A stretch of DNA of 42,562 bases from positions 1 through 42,562 of the IMG/VR virus record IMGVR_UViG_3300003375_000052. One strand, given 5' to 3'. The translations under genes were made by a program, and so were the position numbers. Source of the stretch: a virus. Taxonomy: Duplodnaviria > Caudoviricetes. Shown piece after piece: positions 26,201-38,200 of this stretch. Under the pieces are notes generated by a model. That model did no database searches and was not told the origin of the DNA. It saw nothing but the letters and a program-made list of their open reading frames with translations. The stretch's first letter is position 1; each line of letters opens with the position of its first letter.

Positions 26201-29200
26201 GCACCGACGGATGTTTTGTTCCACAAACACCTACAAAATTAGGAATCTGGCCAGCATATATTCCTCAAATATATTTAGACTCTACATTGTTATATTCTCC
26301 GCAGTATATGATTCAAGGGCACGATGGAAGTGTTATTCTATCATATGGCGATTACCGCGATGCAATGTTATTAGAATTAGAAACAAGAATTTATAATAAT
26401 ATCAAAGTTAAGTATGACCCTAGCATTTTTGATATATCTTCGGTTGTTCCCGGATATAATAGACATACTGATTATAGTCTAGCAGAATTTAATCAAGTAC
26501 TAGCACCAACATTTTATAAATGGACAGGGCTAGTGGGCGTTGATTTCACGCAACCATTAACTTATGATTCATATAATACATTTACCTATAACTATTCGGC
26601 AGATGTAATGCCAAACGGTATTCCTGCTCTCGGTTATTGGAGAGGCATATATCGTTACATGCTCGATACAGATCGACCAAACTTGTGTCCTTGGGAAATG
26701 CTAGGATTCTCAGTTGAGCCTACATGGTGGACAAGTGTGTATGGGCCAGCACCGTATACTAGTGATAATCTTGTCATGTGGGAAGATTTATCTACAGGAA
26801 CTGTTCGAGAACCAGGAATGCCCTTAGTAGTGTTGTCACAGTATATTAGACCATTTTTATTAAATCATATTCCAGTTGACGAAGCCGGCAATCTAATAAG
26901 CCCGCTTAATTCAGGATTAGCTACTGGAACATTTTCCCCTAGTGTTGATAATAATTTTGTATTTGGTGACATAAGTCCGGTCGAATCAGCCTGGCGTCGT
27001 AGTAGTTATTATCCATTTAGTGTATTAATAGCAAGCATGTTATTAACTCCTGCAAAAACATTCGGAGTGCTATTAGACAGATCTCGCATCGTCCGTAACG
27101 TTGCTGGACAACTAATTTATAAAGATACCGGACTACGTATCCGACCAGAAGATGTAGCTGTACCAAGTATCTATTCAAGTACATCTAGAATACAAACTGC
27201 AGGCATTGTTAATTATGTAGTCGATCTCATATTAAATGTTATATTCAGTAATAATTTAGAATCTTATAATAGTTATAAGACTGATTTAAATTTCCTAACA
27301 TCGCAGTTAAGTTATCGTGTCGGTGCGTTTACTAACCAACCACAGTTTAATCTATTGTTAGAAAGCAAAACACCGCTTGCTACGGGTAGTGTTTTTATTC
27401 CTACAGAAAGTTATAATATCTTTTTGAATACGTCGAGTCCAGTTAAGAAATTAACATATAGCGGTGTAATTATTACTAAAATATCTTCTGGTTTTGAAAT
27501 TAAAGGTTATAGTAAATCTCAACCTTATTTTAAATACTATAGCTATTTAGAATCCGGTATTAGCATTAATGTTGGTGGAATATCAGAAGAGTTTGTTGTT
27601 TGGACTCCGGGTCAACAATATATTATTGGCCAAGTAGTACAATACGGTAATACTTATTATAGAGCAACAGCGAATATAACTGCTGGATCGAGTCTTGACA
27701 CTACTACTTTTGTAAGTTTAAATCAACTACCGATTGTTGGCGGAGTAACTGCCCAATTCAGAAAATCTTGGGATCGCAGTCTAATAAATTCAGCCCCTTA
27801 CGGAACAACATTTACTACTATTCAAGAAGTCATAGATTTTATGTTAGGCTATGAACAGTGGTTAATTGATCAGGGATTTGTGTTCGATAGCTTTAATAAT
27901 AATTTAGGTGTAGTGGCTAATTGGTCAACTAGCGCCAAAGAATTTATGTTCTGGACTACACAAAATTGGTCATCCAGCCAGGACAAATGGGGTGAATGGT
28001 TGCCTAATCAAGAATATACATATAGTACTATCGTCAAATTTAATGGCAGTTATTACAGTGCAATTTATAATATTCCACCTTCAGATGTATTTGAAATTAC
28101 ACAATGGGAATTACTTCCTGGTTTAAGTAACATCGGCAGTTCGGTGATAAGTCTAAGTCCCGCAGCCGGCGGCATAACATTTAATACCAATTTGACTGTG
28201 GTAGATAGTATTGCAAATTCATTTAACGATTATGAAATGTTTAAGGTTGATGGAAGCCCAATTCCAATTAGTCAATTATCCTCATATCGTAATGGAAATA
28301 CAGTTACCTATGTGTCTGGAAATTCCGAAGGCCTATATTGTGCAAGTTTTTATCTAATACAAAATGAACATGTGGTATTAATTAACAACGTTGATATTTT
28401 TAATGATGTTATATATAATCCACCTACGGGATATCGTCGAGACCGTATTAAGTTATCGGGGTATATAACAACTGGGTGGTATGGTGGTTTAGATATTCCT
28501 GGTTTTATATTTGATTCAGCGATCGTAGAAGCATGGCAGCCCTGGAAAGATTATAATATGGCTGATATTGTTTTATATCAAGGTTATTATTATAGTGCAA
28601 GAGCCTTTACTGCCGGTACAAGCATCTTTATTGCTGCAGACTGGATCCAATTAAAAGAAAAACCGACACCGAAAATATTACCGAATTGGACCAATGCTGC
28701 TACACAGTTCACTGATTTCTACAGCCTAGAGGTAGATAGCTTTGATACTGCCCAACAAACAATGGCACATCACTTAGTAGGATATCAGCAAAGACAATAC
28801 TTGAATAATATCATCCAGGATTCTGTCAGTGAATTTAAATTTTATCAAGGAATGATTCGTGAAAAAGGAACACAAAATGTTCTTAATCAACTATTTGGAG
28901 TCCTTAGTTCGGATGCGGTAGAAAGCCTAACATTCTACGAAGAATGGGCATTGCGTGTCGGACAATACGGTGCGGCAAATGCATTTGAAGATATTGAAAT
29001 TGTATTAGATGCAAGCGTAGTTAAAAATAATCCCCAAGGATATTTACTATCACCAAGAATTGATTCTTCAGTAAGTCCTTTTATTATTCAACAAACTCCT
29101 AATGATATCTATGTAAAACCTCTTGGATATAACTCTAATCCTTTCCCTGCATTAGTAAATTCAACTCCACTATTACGTGGTGCTGGCTATGTTGATCCAG

Positions 29201-32200
29201 CTGATGTGATATTTTCTCTAGGCTATATTTCAGATATTACTAAACAGGACGTTACGAAACTATCCAATGGACAATATGTTTGGTGTGCGTTCGACGGCCC
29301 AAGCTGGAATATCTATCGATTTACTGATTTATTAATTCGTGCTACTAACGTAACATATGACGGTACAACACTAACTGTTACTACACAAAATATTGTTCCT
29401 ATTGTTGCAGGTTCTTACGTTGGCTTAGCACAGTCTGAAAGTTTTGATGGATTCTATCAGGTAGCAACAGTGACATTAAATTCGTTTACTATCACAGTAT
29501 CTAATCTAACAGTAGCACAACCGTTTACCTCATACAATGAACTAATAATTTACTCATTAATCACACAGCGTACTATATCATTAGATACATTAGATACTTT
29601 AAAATTAACTCACTTGACCCCTGGATCATTAATTTGGGTTGATGATAACGGTAGTGGACAGTGGGCAAATTACAAATATTCTCCAGTCTACAAGCAACAT
29701 GCATTAACTAATCCCACACCTACTGCTGGATTTACATTCGGCTCAACCATTGCTGTGAACAGCCAAAATTCAGTAATGACTGTAGGAAACTCACAAGGCT
29801 CATTATACGTCTATGATAAAGTAGGAAAATCGGTGGCTTGGGAACGCCGAGGTGCTATTCCAATTCCTTTCCTATCAACAAATTATTTTTTAACTAGCCA
29901 ACCTAGTTTATATGCCACGGTAGTTGCAATCAGTGCAGACGGCACATGGTTAGTGTCTGGTAGCCCACTCGCCGGATACATTAAAACTAATTATCAAGGA
30001 GTATGGTCTACTGGTATAGATTATGTTCTTAATAATGTAGTCCTTTACAACAATGTATACTATCAATCATTACAAGATTCATATAATCAAACGCCAACTA
30101 CTGTTTCACTTTATTGGAAAATAATTCCTTACATTGCAGTTGATAAAATTACCGGTGACGAATCAAACGCCCATGTCGGTCAAGGTGTAATTAGCATATA
30201 CAAAAAAGATATTAATAATGATTATTCTTTAGTTGATTCTATTGTTAGTCCAGTTCCTACCGCTAATGAAAATTTTGGATCACAAATGGTATTTGGCAAT
30301 AATGTATTATATGTTAGTGCGTTAGGCTATTCAAATAACAAAGGTAACGTATATAAATTATCATACAAAACAACAGTGGAGCAAAATACAACCTACAATC
30401 CAGTAGGTAGTTCTGCTGGTACCCTAGTGGTTACATCTACTAGTGGTATTAGAGCAGGTATGATCGTTCAGGGTTCTGGTTTCACTTCTGGGCAAATCGT
30501 TGAAGGTGTACTGACAAAAATAACTTTTGCTAGCAGTGCAAACATTGGACGTGTTGCTAGCGGAATGACTGTTAGTGGAACAAATATATTGCCTGGAACC
30601 TTAGTTGTAAGTAAAGGTTCTGATAATTTAGGAAATAACTATATTATTGTAAGAAGTTCGCAAGATATGAACACTAATATATCTTCGGTTGAATTTAACG
30701 GTAATCCTTTATTAACCTTTATCGCAACAAATGTTGCAAGTATGAATACATTGTTACTTAGTGGTAGTCCAGATAGTACTCCAGCAGGCGTATTAACATT
30801 TGTATCTAACAGCTGGACATACGATTTTAGTGAAACATATGTAGGAGCAGCTACAGGAAGCAATTTTGGTAGTTCGTTAGTACTGAGTCAAGATGGAAAT
30901 ACTTTTGCAATTGCATCATCTAATAGTACATTATCTGGTGTAGTTAACGTGTATAAAAATTCCGGATTGGGGTTAACTGCTTACCAGACACTGATCGGAA
31001 CTACTACTGGCTTTGGTCGAAGCATATCAATATCAAATTACGGGGATTTTCTTGCAATATCAGACGATCATACTAGTGCAGGTACTATTAATCAGCAGGG
31101 CAGTGTTGTAGTTTATAGTAATAGTTCTACCGGATACATCGTATTACAATCATTAGTAAATCACTATCCAGAGTCAAGTGGTTTATTCGGAAATAAAATT
31201 GCATTTATGAATGATGACAATACTATTGCAGTCTATAGCAAATACGGTGATGTTTCAATATCAACTTCGTTTGATTCGTACACAGAATTACTTTATTATT
31301 CTAATAATGCTCCGCAAACTTTAGTTAATGAATTAATTATTGGGACTGAATATAAAATTACCTCTTTAGGAAATTTATCACAAGATCAGTGGAATATAAT
31401 TGCAACGTCTACCCCAATTACTGCTGCAAGTATAGGAACTTCTTATAAAATCCTATCTTTAGGTAATACTGATTGGAATTCTGTCGGAGCAACATATTGT
31501 ACATTTACAGCAACTTCAATTCTATGGTCGCCCACTGACACTGTTTCAAATTTAATTAATGTTAATTCCTTAATATCCGGACAACTAATAGTGGGCCAGG
31601 TAATATCAGGAATTGGAATTCCACTTGGAACAACTATTATAAATGTAAATAATTCTAACATTTATCTATCTTCTTCAATCTCTGCCATCCCGACTAATTC
31701 TCCAATTACAATTACAGCTTCGTTATTGTATGCAGTTGGATCAGAGATTCGAGTATCAACATTTGGTACAGGAACTGGAGTAGTAGTAGCTCCTAATTAC
31801 ACATACGCTGTCGGTTCATATTTTGTAGCAAAAACTACAGGAACCGGTACAGGAACTGCGGAATTAGCAAATTATGTATTCCAAAATAATTTAAATTCTA
31901 CCGTAATAAGTCCAACAACATTTGATAAATCTTCTACAAATTTCATTACTTTAGAATCCGATAATGGAAAAGTTGATATCTACGATCGATATAATTCTAA
32001 ATGGGTATTCAGCGAAAGTCTTACATCAACTAATCAACAAGGCGATGCCTACGGAACAGGTTTTGCAGTTGCTGATAATCAGATATTCGTCAGTGCAATA
32101 AATGCGCTCGATCAAAATTTAAAATCTGGTCAAGTCTATAGTTATGAAAAATTATCCGGAACATACAGTTGGGAATCTAGTCGAACTGAGGTACTAGCAG

Positions 32201-35200
32201 CTGATGTTTCTAAAGTTAAAAAAACATTCTTATATAATCGTGCATTAGGTAAACTAGTAACATATTTAGATGTTATTGACCCTTTACAAGGAAAAATAGC
32301 AGGACCTGCACAAGAGGAAATACAATATCAAACATTCTACGATCCTGCAAGTTATTCTTATAGTGATGGAACAGTTTCAGCCACAGTTAATACAAAATCA
32401 TTCTGGACCACCCAAACAGTCGGTCAACTATGGTGGAATTTAACAACTACTAAATTTGTTGAAAATCATTTTGATGATCCAAGTTATCGAAACAATACAT
32501 GGAATACTCTTGCTCCTGGCGCCAGTGTTGATATCTATGAATGGGTTTCCTACAATCAATTACCAGCAGTCTGGGACTCTAAAGCAGATACTCCCGCAGG
32601 GATAGCAGCCGGAATAAGCGGTACTAGTTTATACGGAAATTCAGCATACTGTCTAACGCAAACATACGACAATATTAGTAAAACATTTTCTAATACCTAT
32701 TATTTCTGGGTCAAGAATAAAAAAATTATCCCGTCAAATGTTAATAGGCGAAATATGTCAGCTAGTGATGTTGCTAGTATTATTGCTAGTCCTCGTGGAC
32801 AGGGATATACCTGTTTAGCATTAACTAGTACCAATTCATTTAGCTTAGTCAATGCTGCACAATATTTAAAAGATAAAGATGTAGTATTAGCCATCGAATA
32901 TTGGTTAACTGACAAGACAGATCAAAACACTCATAGCCAATGGAAACTAATTAGTAATGATGCTATTGTAGATTTGCCGACTACTATTGAACAAAAATGG
33001 TTTGATAGTTTATGCGGGATCGATCAAGGGGGTCGAGCAGTTCCCGATCCAACACTACCTGTCAAACTACGTTATGGCATTGAAAATAGACCTCGTCAAG
33101 GTATGTTTGTAAATCGAATCGAAGCCTTAAAGGAATTTATTGAGAGAGTTAATACAACATTAATTTCTTATCAAATTACTGAATCAAGAAATATTTCAGC
33201 ATTAGAATCGTATGATCCAGCACCGACTACTATTTCTGGGTTGTACGATAAGACTATCGATACTGATGCAGAATTAGTATATGTAAATGCAGTACCATTT
33301 AGTCCACCAACATTGAGTCCGATTATAGTTAACGGTAAAATTACTGGTATTAATATTATCAATCCCGGTAACGGATATGTTATCGCCCCATATATTACTA
33401 TTACAGGCACAGGAGAAGGTGCAGTAGTTAAATCAACGATAAATGCAGTAGGAAAAATTATCGGAGCAACTATCGTTAACGGTGGAGAAGGATACGATAA
33501 TACTACACAGTGCTCAGTTAGAAGTTACTCAGTATTAGTTCTCAGCGATAGCACATCTCAAAATTCCTGGAGTATATATTCATACGATCTAACAACAAAA
33601 TTATGGTCTAAGACATTAACACAATCTTATGATGTTAGAAACTATTGGTCGTACACTGACTGGTATGCCGCTGGATATAGTCAATTTTTGTCTGCTGATT
33701 ATGCAGTTAGTACATTCGTCGAGTTAAATTCAATCTCTTCTAAGATAGGTCAACTAGTAAAAGTGTTGACTGCTAATAAAGGGGGCTGGCTATTATTAGA
33801 AAAATATTCCGATTCGACATCTGTTGATTGGACACAATCTTATAACGTTGTCGGTATTCAAAATGGAACTATACAATTTAGTAAAGCCTTGTATGCATTT
33901 AAAGGAACCGAGGTCGGATATGATGCTAGTATATTCGATGGAGTAGATTTTGATATAGAAGCTACTCGAGAATTAAGAATAATTTTAAATGCTATTAAAA
34001 ATAATATCTTGATTGATGATCTTAAAACAGCCTATTTAGATTTATTTTTCAGCAGTATACGTTATGCTCATAGTGAGCAACCATTTATTGATTGGATTTT
34101 TAAAACAAGTTTTGTTCGTGCAACACACAATGTTGGATCATTGAGCCAGCCTGTAAATTACCCATCTGATAATTTAAATAATTTCCAAGATTATGTTGCG
34201 GAAGTCAAACCCTATAGAACTAAACTACGTGAATATATCAGCGATTATACTAGTTTAGATATTGGACAAGCCGCAGTTACAGATTTTGATTTGCAGTCAA
34301 ATTACGAAAACGGCTTTATAACAGCTATAGGTGTTGAGTATAAAAATAATAGTATACAAAGTTTTGACCAATCGTTGAACAGTTATCCTTGGAAATTTTG
34401 GAATGATAATTTAGGATTTATAGTAACTGATATTAAAATTACCGATGGAGGTAGCGGATATGCAAATCCTCCACAAGTTGTAATTAGTCAGCCGACTGGT
34501 CCTAATTCTACCACCGCAATCGCAACTGCATATATTGCTAATGGAAAAGTCAACAGAATTCGTATTGTATCTAATGGTAGTGCATATTTAAGTGCACCGA
34601 CAGTGATATTTAATGGTGGATTGTCGACTACCGGTACTGCTGCAAAAGCAGTAGCAATTATTGGAGACAGCGTTGTTCGTGCTAATCGTACTGCTTTGAA
34701 ATTTGACCGAGTTAATCAAACATACTATATTTCAAATTTAGAACATACTGATACATTTACAGGTTCCGGTTCTCGTCTGCAGTTTTCCTTAACTTGGGCC
34801 CCAGATGTACAAGTTAGTTCAGCAGTTGTAACAGTTAATGGAGAAATAATTCTAAGAGAATTATATAAATTAGCTGTTGTTAGTTCAACATCTGCCGGGT
34901 ACACACAGTATTCTGGAACAATCATTTTTAATTCTGCTCCTGCAAAAAATAGTACAATTACAGTAGCCTATAAAAAAGATATTAGCATTTTAAATGCAAC
35001 TGACCGTATACAATACTATTATAATCCAACTTCTGGACAGTTAGGTAAAGATTTATCACAGCTAATGACAGGTATCGATTATGGTGGTACTATTGTTAGT
35101 GGATTAGGATTTAATTTAGGAGGAGGATGGGGTGTAACTCCTTATTATTCCGAATCATGGGATAATAGAGATCCATCATTTAATGATTATGTTGTGCAGG

Positions 35201-38200
35201 TAACTGCTAATACACATTCTTTTACATTGCCGTATGTTCCAGCAGCCAATACTGAGATTAATATCTATCAGGTAAAGAATCATACAATTTCTTACACATC
35301 AGATGGATCAACCCTTGGATATGCATTTGATATTAATCTCATTTCACCAACAGTAAATGTAACATCGACATCAACAGCAGTTGATATTAGCAGTGCATAT
35401 AATCCTACAGGCAGTGTTGGTTATATTCTTAAAGTTGCTAGTACTGCGGGTGTAGTTCCTGGTATGGTTATCAGCGGCACAGGTTTTAATTCTAGACAAA
35501 AAGTTGTTCGTATAGTTGACTCAACAACATTAAACATTAGTCCAGTACCCGATAGCACACCAAGTGGTACACTAACGTTTAGTAATACTGCTGGCGGATT
35601 TATTCTTACAGTGGCAAGTGTTAGCGGATTAAAAATTGGAGATATTGTTACTAGCACCGGATCGATATTTAGTTATGGAACAATCATTAATTCTATTGAT
35701 TCTACTAATAATTGTCTTACACTAAATCAAATTATGTTAACTCACGTTGCCAACGGTACAACAATAAATTTTGCTCAGCAGCTAGTGCAGCCAACTGATG
35801 TAATTATAAATGCTAACGGTACTATTTTATTAACATCACCTGCGCCAGTCAGTGCAACTATTAATATTTCTGGATCATATCGCCCTGTAAGATTAGATGA
35901 CCCGCATTATGGAACACCTAGTCAAACTAATGCATCAGCAATTGTAATAACTCCAGTTGCCGACGGTATATCGAGTACATTTACAATTCCAGGATCGTAT
36001 ACAGTAAATGATGGGGATGAATTTATTCTACGTCAGAGTACAAGCGAAGGTTCTATCAATCCTGCTAGTACTGATTATGATACTGCAATCGACGGCGGAA
36101 ACTTAGCTTATAGTACTGCTAGTGGACTAGCAGCTGACGATATCGTACTCGACGGTGACGGTTTAATAACGCCAACAAGTAGTCCAGCCCCAGAAGAAGT
36201 AGTTCCTGGACAAGTAGTAGATACACTTGCTATCAAAGTCTATGATCAAGCGCAATCTGGTTCAGCAGATATTAAAATTGACAATCAGGTTGCTGATGGT
36301 ATAACAAATACCTTCGCAATTGGACAGTTACCAAACAGCTCAAGAGCCGTTATAGTTAAACTTGGTACGGTTATTAAAACCTATACAACAGATTATACTA
36401 TAGATTATACAAATAAATTAGTCGTGTTCAATAGTGTTCCTTCTGCAGGCCAAACCGTTAGTATTTTTAGTATAGGTTTTAATGGAAGTAATATATTAGA
36501 TATTGATTATTTCGTTGGCGACGGTGAGACTACTGAATTTGTAACTAAAGCTACATGGGTTTCTTCTGTAACTAGCTTGATTTATGTTAATGGAGTTGTA
36601 GCATCACCGACACTGTTTAAGACTGATAATAGTTATGCATTTGCCAATGCAATTGGTCTTAAATTCGCTGTAGCACCTGCTGCTGGTGCGTTAATTAATT
36701 TTATTATTGTTAGCGGCAGCCAACAAACATTTGCTATCACAAAAACTGAAACAGTACCAACAAACGGTGCTACAACATACACATTACAATATCCAATTGG
36801 AAAAACACTACCAAATGAATCTAACATGATTGTGCGTGTTGATCAAAGTATTTTGCAAGCACCCACTAACAGTTATTTTACCATAGGCAAAAACAGATTA
36901 ACATATACGGTAGATTCTACCAAAGCAGTACCATATTCTGTACCTACTAATAATATTTTAGTATATGCCGGAGGAAATCTATTAACACTTGGTGTTGATT
37001 ATACAGTAGATCCGAGTGCGATTTCAGTTAAAATTAATAAGATTGTGTATTCGACATATAGCGGACAAAAATTAATCGTTAGTATAATTCCCAATGACGG
37101 ATACAGCTACAATGAAACAACTGGACAAATCACATTTGCTCAGGCGTATAACAATACACATACTGTTGAAGTTGTCAGTTCTTACCTACAGGATATATTA
37201 GATATTCAAAGAACTAATATCGAATATGTTTCGTCATTTACTTTAACTCCCGGTACAACCGAATTTTATACATATAATGCGGTCAGCGGAGGAATAATTA
37301 AACTAGATAGACCCGTAATTGATAATAATTATGTTTGGGTAGTTCAAGGAACAACTTTATTAACACCAAGTATCGATTACAAGTTAAATGACGACTTGCA
37401 AAGTATTGTACTAGCGAACCCGCCACAATCGGGAGTTGTTACTTCAATTATTACATTTGGCAGCAATATTCTTCCAAATGCTGGTATTTCATACATGCAA
37501 TTTAAAGATATGTTAAACCGTGTATCTTATAAACGATTAAATGCTAACAAGAGAACCATGCTAGTTAATGATCTAAAATGGAACGATACTGAAATTTTTG
37601 TCGATGATGCAAGTACTTTGGATGTTCCTAATCCAACCGGCAATCGCCCAGGTATTATCGAAATACGTGGAGAACGTATTGAATATTTTACTATTAACGG
37701 AAATGCCTTGGGTCAATTGCGTAGAGGAACATTAGGAACAGGTGTATATAATTTAAACAAAGCAGGAACATATGTACAAGGAATTGGAGCAAGTGAAACA
37801 ATTCCTTACACTGATACAACCACAACTGAAACCATCACAGCAAGTAGTGGAACATCAGTTAATCTTGGATTTATTCCAGCAGATGCAAATAGCATAGAAG
37901 TATTTGTTGGCGGATATAACGATACAGCTGAATGGGCAGCAAATACTGCGTATAGTGTAGGTACTATTGTACGTGTTGGCCCTTATACATATCGCTGTGT
38001 TACTGAAAATGTTAGTTCAACAATATTTGCTACAGACAGTAGTCATTGGGCATTCTTTGTTGGAAATATACGTTTGAAAAAATCAGCTTATTCTGTGTTT
38101 AATATCAACCAAGCACCGTACAGCCCGGCAGGTGATGTCAGCTTCCCAGCAGATTTTACAGTTGATGGCACAACTGCTAAGATAACACTAACTAATCCAT

